Of a stretch of DNA of 64,000 nt, positions 30,041-38,572 are shown piece after piece (within the stretch, counting starts at the first letter, position 1; every line of letters begins with the position of its first letter). This DNA comes from a bacterium. GTDB lineage: Bacteria > Zhuqueibacterota > Zhuqueibacteria > Residuimicrobiales > Krinioviventaceae. Below the pieces are notes generated by a model. That model worked only from the letters and a program-made list of their open reading frames with translations, ran no database searches and was not told the origin of the DNA. The stretch is taken from NCBI GenBank assembly GCA_963693055.1, contig OY843751.1:5504001-5568000 (forward strand), given 5' to 3'. The position numbers and the translations under genes were made by a program.

Positions 30041-33000
30041 CTATTTCAGTAACAGCATCTTTTGAGTGCCAATAACATTGTTGTCGACTTCAAGGCGATA
30101 AAAATACATACCAGAACTTACTTTGCGTCCGAAATTATCTTGAGCGTCCCACATAGCTTTGAAATTACCAGCAGCCATCTCTGTGGAAACCAGGGTACGA
30201 ACTTGTTGTCCCAGCATATTATAAACTGTAAGTGTAACATTGCCAGCTTTAGGCAGAGCGAACTCGATCGTAGTTGTTGGGTTGAACGGGTTCGGATAGT
30301 TTCTGCTCAGACTGAATTCAGTCGGCAATGCGTTTTCTTCATCTTCAACGTCGCTTGAAATAACCGGAGTATTTGCACGGCCATAAGCATCTACCAACTT
30401 GATATCTTGCAATTTCAATTCAGTTGGATTTTCAACTTTGGCTTTTACTGTAAAGGTTACCAATGTCGGGTTCATCTCTTTTGAAGCTACTCCCTGATAA
30501 CCGGAGCATACAAAGTCATGATTGTAACCAACAACTTTGGTAAAGAACAGTTTAGATTCAGTATTGTGCAATGCTTCTGTATATTCTACCAGTTCCCATG
30601 ATTGAGCATCAATAAAGACCTGTGCAGAATAAGCCTGCAATACCGGGAAATTTTTAGCAACAACTGCATAGGTAATGATATTTTTATCACGTTTTACCTC
30701 TACCAATTCAGCAAGTGTTTCTGCACTATTAGTAGAAGTAGCTTTTTTATAAAGAATACCTTCACCATTTCCTACTGGAGTATTGTTGGCAACAAAGCGA
30801 ACATCTTCAACATCAATGTAATCATCACCGTTAACATCACAATACATATTCCAGTTAGTATCCGCAGATGTTGAGTGGAAAGCACCTTCATATACAGTGT
30901 GGTCTGTAGCATTAACCTGATTGTCAGGCAGAGACTGGGTATCTGTGTCACCATCATCATCGTAACCAGCACAGTCACCACCAAGCAGTCTGTCATCATT
31001 ATAGAAATCAACAGTGGTTGTAGAATAAGCCTGTACTACTACTGCTGATTCTTTTTGATCCAACCAACCAGTTTTATGTACAAGAATATCATATTTACCA
31101 GTTGGAACAGAAGTTAACAAATAACGTCCGTTTGCATCCAGAGTAACTGATAAACCGTCTGATACATCACTGTCGCCATTAGCTGCAACAAAAGAAGCAT
31201 CCGTAATATTGTCATAAGAACCAGTAGGACAAATCCACATTACTACAGTCTGGCTAGAGTCACTACGGCCTTCAATATCAATTAAACCGGTGAGCTTGCC
31301 ACGAGGAGTCATGCTCAATGTAGAAGCTGCAGGAGGTACATTTGCAGTCAACTGGGTAAAATCAGCATCAAACATTCTGCTTGTGCGTTCGCCAGTTGTA
31401 TTAAAAGTAATTGCTGCGCTTTCCAGGGCTTCACTGACAGCATCAGTTTTTGCATAAATCTGGAAGGTTGCTATAACTTCATCGTTCAAATCGGTTTCGG
31501 TTGCAAGGTCAGAAGCATGACGAATCAAGTCCAATTCGTAATGATCTGTAGAATCAGCCGCAATATTTTTTGTAGTTGTTCCAGCAAAATTTGTAGTATT
31601 GGGAGTAAAACCTTCAACAACTGCTGTACCTGTATTCTGATCTACAATACCGTAGAATTCTGAAGGTACATTCAAATAGGTCTCCAACCACATTACATCG
31701 TTGCCACCACCTGGATTCGCATCAGATGCATAGACAGATATGGTAAGTGTATCACCTTTTTCCATTACAATCTGGGTGGGTTCCATTCTAAAGTTATAGG
31801 TACTGTTTTTATCTACAGCGCCAGAGAAAAAGAGTTTTCCGTCTGCCTTAACAATTCCATCGTCTGCTGCATCAATAGCATTCCAGTTTTCAGAACCAGC
31901 GCCTTCAGCACTACCTGTATCATACAAGTACCATACATCGTAATTACCGGAAGGATCAACAACTGTTCCGGCCATATCTTCTGTTATATCACTAACATCG
32001 ACAACAAGTTTGCCATCAACCAGATCAGTTGCGTCTGCCCATAACTGAATAGCGTCAGGGTTAGTGTTTACAGCATCACTGGTCAACCAGAACCAGTTAG
32101 CAGTTCCAGTAACCGTTGTAAAATCATCTGTGCCTGCAACTGGAGGAGCAGCTTCACCTTCGGGAACGATAAAAGCAGCAACTTTCATATCAGTAACTTC
32201 ATCCAGATCAAATGCAGTCCATTTTAACTGATAAGTGTCACCAATACCGAGGTTGGCAATTTCACCTTCTACCGGAGATTCAGGCAAAAAGTAGGTGCCG
32301 TGAGCAACTGTCAGTTCATCAATATTAGCAGCAGCTTCAGACATGTTTTCCAAATCATTCATACGAACGATAGCTGCATCAGGACCACTGGTTACAATAG
32401 CATAAATATAGTAGGGTCCTCCAGCCTCTAAGCCGGATTCACGTACGTTCCACATGTAACGGTTTGCTTCCTGAGTGTCTGAAGTATCAACGATCGTAGC
32501 AATATGTACTGTATGAGTAGGATCAGCAACTGCATCTGCAGGTAACAAAGTTGTATCAACACTTGCAGGAGTTGTGCTTGCACCAGAGTTTACTGCACCC
32601 CATGCAAGATCACTACAATACAGTTTAATACGCATGGTGCCGTCTACGTCATTATCCATATCAATTGTACGTCCCCAATTGATCAGGATGTATTCCTGTT
32701 GGTCGGTATTAACAGTAACATCACCATTACTTACAAAATTAAATTTTGGAAATGTTGAAATAGTCAGTTCAAGATCACTTGCTGCAGTATTATTTTTCAT
32801 TTTCTGAATTGTCTGATGTTTACCATCATTAGCAACTACCCAGATATTATAATCGCCTACAGGATCATAATCACTTGCACTGCGAATAGCAGAATAATTA
32901 ACAATAGAGTATGGCAATTGAGCCAAAACAGATTGTGAAGTAACAGCAGTACCACCACCAAGTCCGGTAACTGTCAGGCTTGGGCTAGTACCGGATAATT

Positions 33001-34276
33001 TGATACTATCCGCGGTTGGGGTAACAGTAGAAGGAACGCGGAAAATTTGAAATGTGGCTTCATCATCAAAGTCATTTACACTAATATAAAAATCTACATC
33101 ACTTGCACTGGCGCTGCCAATAGTGCCGTCTTTACCCAGACCACCGCTAACATCCATAACAACGGTACTGACATTATCATCAGTTCCTGGTTCAAAAACT
33201 TCATCACCATCAAAATCAACACCAATAGCATCATTATCTGTATCAGTAAAGAATGGATAATGGCGTACATGTACCATATCACTCATACCAACAACCCAAT
33301 CGGCTGTAAGGCTTGAAGTAACATAAAAATACCAGTCGCCTTCTTCAAGCAATGAAGTGTCCAGATTTTCAGCAATCATGGTTCCATCTTCATTGTCGGT
33401 TATTTGTACAGCACTGGTAACATTAATAGCTTGAACAACTTCAGCAGAAGATTCACTAATCTTTGTTACGGTATCATATTTTGAAGCCCACAAAGTAAAA
33501 GTAACTTCATCTGTTGCGTCATCACTATCAAAAGTAATTGTTTCAAAATCAGTATCATCACCGTTAACAACTTCATCTGTAGCAAGTGCGCCCTGATCTG
33601 TTGCCCAATCAGGAAGTGCAGCAGTAATAGCAGCAGCTATACCATCCGGCCATTGATCACCATCAACATCTGTAGTATCATTTGATCCGCTATAATTAGT
33701 GGCAAATGTCACCAAACTTAATGCTTCTTTATATGTAACTTGAGCAAGCACTGTATTTACTGTTTCGTGATCTTGTGGTTGATCAATTACAAATGAAGCC
33801 GTATCACCATCTGCCAAAGAAGGAGAGGTAATAATTGGGAAAATAACAGTCAAAACATCATTTGCAACGGCCGCACCTGTTCCTGCATTGCCTAAATTAA
33901 TTGTAATGGTTGAAGCATCTACAACAAGAGTTGGAACAAGGCCATTAGCAGAGCTGGCTGATACAGAAACGCCATCTGCATAAGCGGCATCACCATCAAC
34001 ATCTGCAATACTGGTTCCGGTTGCACATGTAATTACTATGTCATCATTATCCGCCCAAGCACCACCGGCATCAAGCGTGATTTCAAATGACATCATGAAA
34101 TTGTGATCACCATCGAAATTGTTTACTGAGGCTCCAATGGGGAGAGAATTAATAGGAGCGTTTACAGACAAACCAAAGGCGGTTTGACCAAAGGCGAATA
34201 AAATCGCCAGAATCATAAACACAATGCCTGACCATCGAGGCAGACTTGTGCCATAAGTAAAATTACTTTTTTTCAT
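30041..34276 (-). CDS. Large acidic T9SS/FlgD-CTD surface protein with a cohesin - X module - dockerin - cohesin tail (scaffoldin/S-layer-like)
   Basis: GGAGG RBS and ATG 34276; signal peptide; D/T/S/A-rich body. X-like LDANGRYLLTSVPTGKYDILVHKTGWLD; dockerin loops DNQVNATD and DVNGDDYIDVED; CTD LPTEFSLSRNYPNPFNPTT...SGMYFYRL...KMLLLK. Confidence 0.82.
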   Translation of the reverse strand: MKKSNFTYGTSLPRWSGIVFMILAILFAFGQTAFGLSVNAPINSLPIGASVNNFDGDHNFMMSFEITLDAGGAWADNDDIVITCATGTSIADVDGDAAYADGVSVSASSANGLVPTLVVDASTITINLGNAGTGAAVANDVLTVIFPIITSPSLADGDTASFVIDQPQDHETVNTVLAQVTYKEALSLVTFATNYSGSNDTTDVDGDQWPDGIAAAITAALPDWATDQGALATDEVVNGDDTDFETITFDSDDATDEVTFTLWASKYDTVTKISESSAEVVQAINVTSAVQITDNEDGTMIAENLDTSLLEEGDWYFYVTSSLTADWVVGMSDMVHVRHYPFFTDTDNDAIGVDFDGDEVFEPGTDDNVSTVVMDVSGGLGKDGTIGSASASDVDFYISVNDFDDEATFQIFRVPSTVTPTADSIKLSGTSPSLTVTGLGGGTAVTSQSVLAQLPYSIVNYSAIRSASDYDPVGDYNIWVVANDGKHQTIQKMKNNTAASDLELTISTFPKFNFVSNGDVTVNTDQQEYILINWGRTIDMDNDVDGTMRIKLYCSDLAWGAVNSGASTTPASVDTTLLPADAVADPTHTVHIATIVDTSDTQEANRYMWNVRESGLEAGGPYYIYAIVTSGPDAAIVRMNDLENMSEAAANIDELTVAHGTYFLPESPVEGEIANLGIGDTYQLKWTAFDLDEVTDMKVAAFIVPEGEAAPPVAGTDDFTTVTGTANWFWLTSDAVNTNPDAIQLWADATDLVDGKLVVDVSDITEDMAGTVVDPSGNYDVWYLYDTGSAEGAGSENWNAIDAADDGIVKADGKLFFSGAVDKNSTYNFRMEPTQIVMEKGDTLTISVYASDANPGGGNDVMWLETYLNVPSEFYGIVDQNTGTAVVEGFTPNTTNFAGTTTKNIAADSTDHYELDLIRHASDLATETDLNDEVIATFQIYAKTDAVSEALESAAITFNTTGERTSRMFDADFTQLTANVPPAASTLSMTPRGKLTGLIDIEGRSDSSQTVVMWICPTGSYDNITDASFVAANGDSDVSDGLSVTLDANGRYLLTSVPTGKYDILVHKTGWLDQKESAVVVQAYSTTTVDFYNDDRLLGGDCAGYDDDGDTDTQSLPDNQVNATDHTVYEGAFHSTSADTNWNMYCDVNGDDYIDVEDVRFVANNTPVGNGEGILYKKATSTNSAETLAELVEVKRDKNIITYAVVAKNFPVLQAYSAQVFIDAQSWELVEYTEALHNTESKLFFTKVVGYNHDFVCSGYQGVASKEMNPTLVTFTVKAKVENPTELKLQDIKLVDAYGRANTPVISSDVEDEENALPTEFSLSRNYPNPFNPTTTIEFALPKAGNVTLTVYNMLGQQVRTLVSTEMAAGNFKAMWDAQDNFGRKVSSGMYFYRLEVDNNVIGTQKMLLLK

Positions 34277-34380
34277 TTTATACACCTCCATGTGTGTTTT
34301 AATTTTTTTCTTTGCGTCAAATCCGTTTGTCGCGTCATTAATAATTTTAATTCTGATTTACATCCTCATTTGAAAATCAG

Positions 34381-34410
34381 CTAATCGGGGAATTTCAGAA
34401 TTCTCTTCAT
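34381..34410 (-). other. Putative uORF/leader peptide MKRILKFPD with a strong SD
   Basis: AAAGGAGG-8 nt-ATG AAG AGA ATT CTG AAA TTC CCC GAT TAG, within the ~290-nt leader of the large gene. Confidence 0.45.
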
Positions 34411-34574
34411 AGGCATCTCCTCCTTTAAGTATTGCTTTAATTGAATCTTTATCTTTTAATTTATTCATCTCAATAACTATATCGACATTTCTTTTAAAAA
34501 CTTGAATTTCTTTTTTTATTTGTCCCGGGTAGTTATGACCTACCCTTAAAGAGACCATTGAACGGAATGGTAAC

Positions 34575-34591
34575 GGCAAAAGCTATGCCAA
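34575..34591 (-). promoter_or_regulatory. Sigma54 (-24/-12) promoter of the large surface-protein gene
   Basis: Minus-strand TTGGCATAGCTTTTGCC, with GG-N10-GC spacing. It mirrors the motif at 29831-29847. Confidence 0.72.
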
Positions 34592-34661
34592 TCAAAAAGT
34601 CAATATTTTTTTAGACAAATTTTCGCAGATCTTTTTTAGACAGCCTTTGATGAAATTTAAT

Positions 34662-34709
34662 GCACAATATGAGGTACATTCCAAATACAAGACGCACTAT
34701 ATGTAGTAA
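34662..34709. promoter_or_regulatory. Tandem NrdR-box-like operators (or enhancer sites)
   Basis: GCACAATATGAGGTAC (34662) and GCACTATATGTAGTAA (34694), 32 nt apart. Confidence 0.4.
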
Positions 34710-34733
34710 AAACAAGCCCCTCACTTTTAAATA

Positions 34734-34765
34734 AAAAAAACCTCCAATAATTTAATCATTGGAGG
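34734..34765 (-). terminator. Intrinsic terminator downstream of the PmoA-family gene
   Basis: CCTCCAAT...ATTGGAGG stem with a T7 tract on the minus strand. Confidence 0.7.
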
Positions 34766-34855
34766 CTCTGAACAAAAAATCTATATTCCATTTTCTCTAT
34801 TATAGAGTGGGAAGTTTTTTCCTAATAAAAAAAACAATTCCCTGCAATATTTTTT

Positions 34856-35800
34856 TTATTTATATTCGTCATATAATTTTTTTATTAATTTCTGATCATA
34901 TTCACCTTTGTGCAACACCAGTCTGTATCGTAAAACCGTTGGCTGGGTATTTGAAAATGCTACCGCATGCTGCCCCGGGTACACCGCATTCTGCATACTG
35001 CGTTGACGACGCAAAATCCACAGTTGCGGACTGCCCGGATTTTCTGGATGGCTCAATACTGTGATACCGGTTATTCCTTCAGTTGTCAAAGAACCGCTCA
35101 TGTCTACCCATGCACCGCCGTCAACAGCCGTGTTTTGTGGTTCCAATTCACCAACCTGTCCGGTAAATTTCATATCCTCAGGCAGCACTATACGGGTCGA
35201 AAATCCACTATACCCTTTAACATCCTCAGAACCACCGATTTTCATATCCGGCAGCATAGCAAGTAATTTGATATCAAAATCAATTACTCGATATGTTTCG
35301 GTTCGGGGATAAATTGTGATTTTTGTATCTTCGGAAATAAGGGGCTTTTCATTACCTTGTTCATCTTTTACAAGCGGTGACTGCCAGTTCACTTTGGTTG
35401 CAAGAACAAGATTCCCTGCTTCTGTTTCATGGGTTTCTGCCAGAGTTACGTCCCATTCCCAATCTCGTATTTCCCAGGGATCACCAATCTTTTCATCCCC
35501 AATCCATATCTGGTGCCATGACCAGAAGATACCACGTTGGTGAAGATGATCAGGGGGATAATCTTCTGTAATCACATTTCCATCCAGATCCCAAAGCGGA
35601 TGAATATAATGCCCTCTAAAGTACTCGCCTTCATGCCCTTCAGGAGACTTGGGTGCCCTCTGATAAAAAAAGACTTTTTCAGCCCCTTCACTAATCTGCA
35701 AACCCTGGTCGGTTTGTTCAACACTGAAACTGGGTTGCTTTGATGTGGAGCAAGAGATTAAAAATCCCGCAATTAATAAAACAAACATGATTTTTTTCAA
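34856..35800 (-). CDS. PmoA-like/DUF6807 family lipoprotein (not methane monooxygenase)
   Basis: Lipobox LISC; YIHPLW, TEDYPPDHLHQRGIFWSW and KGYSGF. The likely start is TTG 35800; the ORF track gives 35827. Confidence 0.75.
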   Translation of the reverse strand: MKKIMFVLLIAGFLISCSTSKQPSFSVEQTDQGLQISEGAEKVFFYQRAPKSPEGHEGEYFRGHYIHPLWDLDGNVITEDYPPDHLHQRGIFWSWHQIWIGDEKIGDPWEIRDWEWDVTLAETHETEAGNLVLATKVNWQSPLVKDEQGNEKPLISEDTKITIYPRTETYRVIDFDIKLLAMLPDMKIGGSEDVKGYSGFSTRIVLPEDMKFTGQVGELEPQNTAVDGGAWVDMSGSLTTEGITGITVLSHPENPGSPQLWILRRQRSMQNAVYPGQHAVAFSNTQPTVLRYRLVLHKGEYDQKLIKKLYDEYK

Positions 35801-35848
35801 GTTACACCCTTTCAGAATATTATACATAACTTGTTTAATTTAAAACAC

Positions 35849-36553
35849 TTAATCACCCAACGGTATTTGTTGAAATTCAGCTATCAGCTTGTGTATTGCA
35901 TCTATATAATTTTGTATTTCTCTGTTACGCGTGCCGGACCATATTTGATTTTTATATTTGGCCGCGTTTCGCACACCCTCTTTGAACCCTGCCAATCCGC
36001 CGTCCAGATCGTACTGATCAATCAAAATTGACAAGTAGCGTGTTCCAATTCGAATATTATATTCAGGGTCCAGCAACGCCTGCTCTGCGGATACCCAGTT
36101 AATCCGTTCAAATTCTGAAATCAGCATGCCGGTAATGGGCATGATTTGCATGAGCCCCATACTGCCCGAAGTCGAAATATATCGCGGGTCCCACGTACCA
36201 CCGGTTTCATGAGTTATAATTGCGCAAATTAAATCAACACTAATATTGGGAAATTGTTCTGCACCGGTAACAATCACCTGCGCTATTTCGTATTTTTGCT
36301 GACGCGTCATTTTGTGATTGTACAGTTCTATGATGGTAATAATTTTTTGCACCTGATATTGACGAATACTGTCAATATGAATTGAGGATTTCATCTCCGA
36401 AACCCGTTCCTCAAGTTCTAAAAGTTTGGCCTCACTCGATTGGTTCAGAAAAAAACGAATAACCGTACCAATGGCAACAACAAGAAGCAAAATCACCAGC
36501 ACCCGTATCATGGCCCTAAATGATTTTTCCCCCTCAGAGACCTGCTTTTCCAT
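35849..36553 (-). CDS. Membrane-anchored lytic transglycosylase (SLT domain)
   Basis: N-terminal TM; IITHET, GLMQIMP and NIRIGTRYL. Confidence 0.88.
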   Translation of the reverse strand: MEKQVSEGEKSFRAMIRVLVILLLVVAIGTVIRFFLNQSSEAKLLELEERVSEMKSSIHIDSIRQYQVQKIITIIELYNHKMTRQQKYEIAQVIVTGAEQFPNISVDLICAIITHETGGTWDPRYISTSGSMGLMQIMPITGMLISEFERINWVSAEQALLDPEYNIRIGTRYLSILIDQYDLDGGLAGFKEGVRNAAKYKNQIWSGTRNREIQNYIDAIHKLIAEFQQIPLGD

Positions 36554-36579
36554 CTACTAGACTCCTCTATTAATAAAAA

Positions 36580-36608
36580 AAGGTACAAAATTAACCAGCC
36601 CATGTCAA
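36580..36608 (-). promoter_or_regulatory. Sigma70-type promoter for the SLT gene
   Basis: TTGACA-17 nt-TACCTT. Confidence 0.55.
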
Positions 36609-36670
36609 TTTATTTTCGCCTTGAATATATAACTATTTTTAAATAATTTCATTCAATAAATGAAAGGTAA

Positions 36671-37774
36671 TTGTTTTTGCTAATTTTATCTATTTTCCTG
36701 ATCATTCTTTACGCCGTTACCCTATTTCTCATCTATCTGGGATTAAGGTCATCAACAATCCGACTAACAGATACTATTCAAACTCCATCAGTCTCAATAA
36801 TAATTGCTGTTAAAAATGAAGCTAAAAATATCATTACATGCCTCGAGGCTCTAACCAGTCAAACCTTTACAAAAGATAATACTCAAATCCTTGTAATTGA
36901 TGATCAATCAACTGATGAAACATATTCCCGTGTAAAAACATTTTCACAAAATCACACAAACATTACTTGCCTTCAATCCACTAATCCATTTAAATGGAAA
37001 AGCAGTAAAAAAGCAGCACTTGAAACAGGTTATAAAAATGCAACGGGTGAATTGCTGCTCTTTACCGATGCAGATTGTCAGCCACCCGTTGGTTGGATAC
37101 AAGGTATGATTGATTGCTTTACACTACAAACCGGGCTGGTAGCAGGATTTTCACCTCAAACTTTAACTCTAAAAAAACAGTGGAACCGTTTTTTATTTGT
37201 AGACAGCCTCTCAGCAGCCATAGTTGCGTCATCTACTATTTCCATGCAAAAAGGAACTACGTGCACAGGACGAAATCTTGCAATACGCAAACAAACGCTG
37301 GACGAAATTGGTGGGTACACAACACTGCCCGACACCCTGTCTGGTGATGATGATTTTATTTTGCAAGCAGTCAACAAACATCCATCTTGGCAGACAACCT
37401 ATTCCTTCAATCCAGCCACACATATCCCGGCAAAGGGACCCGGAACCTGGCAGCAATTTCTAAAACAAAAATCCCGTCATCTGTCTTCGGGAACGGATTA
37501 TAAAATCTCACAGCAACTGGGTTATGGACTGTATCATTTATCAAACGCTTGCATTTGGGTATTGTTTTTATGGAGCTTAACGAACCTCAATTTTACTTTA
37601 GCTTTCTTGTTACTAGTCAAGCTCTTGCTTGATTTTTCGCTACTATCTTTTTTCAGTAAAAAGATGAACTTGCAATTACCGCTTTTAGGATTTATTACAT
37701 GGGAGGTCTTGTTCCCCATGTATCACCTTGTATCTGGACCGGCTGCGTTTTTAAAAAAAATAACCTGGAAATAA
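36671..37774 (+). CDS. Membrane GT2 glycosyltransferase (paralog 1)
   Basis: N-terminal TM, DDQSTD, KKAAL, FTDADC, SGDDD, QKSRH and C-terminal TMs. Confidence 0.9.
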   Translation: MFLLILSIFLIILYAVTLFLIYLGLRSSTIRLTDTIQTPSVSIIIAVKNEAKNIITCLEALTSQTFTKDNTQILVIDDQSTDETYSRVKTFSQNHTNITCLQSTNPFKWKSSKKAALETGYKNATGELLLFTDADCQPPVGWIQGMIDCFTLQTGLVAGFSPQTLTLKKQWNRFLFVDSLSAAIVASSTISMQKGTTCTGRNLAIRKQTLDEIGGYTTLPDTLSGDDDFILQAVNKHPSWQTTYSFNPATHIPAKGPGTWQQFLKQKSRHLSSGTDYKISQQLGYGLYHLSNACIWVLFLWSLTNLNFTLAFLLLVKLLLDFSLLSFFSKKMNLQLPLLGFITWEVLFPMYHLVSGPAAFLKKITWK

Positions 37775-37777
37775 ACC

Positions 37778-38572
37778 ATGAAAAACCCCAATACAAAACT
37801 GTGGACCAGCTATCAACAAACCGCCGAATACAGAGGAGAACTCGCTGCTCAAATGCTGCTCCCCTTTTGTAATCTTGCCGGATTAACAGTTCTGGATCTA
37901 GGATGCGGAAGCGGCGGCATTGCCAGAGCGTTATTAAAACATGGTGCACATGTAACCGCAATGGATCCGGATCATGAAAGAATTAAAACCCTTGACGATA
38001 AAACAATTCCAGGATTAACAACCCAATGCTTGCCCGCAGAAGCCCTAGATGAGCAAGCTGTATATAATATCATTATTTTGAATGATGTGCTGGAACATAC
38101 AATAAATCCCGATAAAGTTCTGCAAAACTGTAACAAGGCCCTTGTTCAGGGAGGGTACCTTTATCTGGTCACTCCAAACAGATGGTCCCTTGTGAATTTA
38201 TTCTGCGATCCTCATTACAGCCTACCTTTTGTAGCAATGTTTCCACGTCACTGGACACGTAATCTTGTTGCAAAAATCCTGAAATGGCACAGTCCAGACA
38301 AACCGGATTTCCCTGAACTCCTTTCCCGATTCACTCTGGAATCGCTACTTGGCAAAAACAATTTTACATACGAATACGTTAACCGGCAGGCTGCAACATT
38401 GGCCATGAGTGAACCACGGTACATCTGGAGCCGAAAATGGCATTTGCAATTTATTGATATGATAAAACGTTTTAAAATTGAAAAAATTTTACTTACATTG
38501 CTCAATAATAAACCGGGCATTTTCAATGCTGTATTCAATCCTGTTTGGTATATAATCGCAAAGCGGAAATGA
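37778..38572 (+). CDS. Class I SAM-dependent methyltransferase
   Basis: VLDLGCGSGG, DVLEH and TPNR...DPHY. Confidence 0.9.
   Translation: MKNPNTKLWTSYQQTAEYRGELAAQMLLPFCNLAGLTVLDLGCGSGGIARALLKHGAHVTAMDPDHERIKTLDDKTIPGLTTQCLPAEALDEQAVYNIIILNDVLEHTINPDKVLQNCNKALVQGGYLYLVTPNRWSLVNLFCDPHYSLPFVAMFPRHWTRNLVAKILKWHSPDKPDFPELLSRFTLESLLGKNNFTYEYVNRQAATLAMSEPRYIWSRKWHLQFIDMIKRFKIEKILLTLLNNKPGIFNAVFNPVWYIIAKRK

Noticed and set aside
23919-34276. A true cellulosome, or a mobile island
   Set aside because: I recognised no CAZyme or CBM, and no integrase, tRNA or flanking repeats.
34856-35800. Particulate methane monooxygenase subunit
   Set aside because: It is a soluble lipoprotein of the misnamed PmoA-like family, with no TM helices and no pmoB/C.
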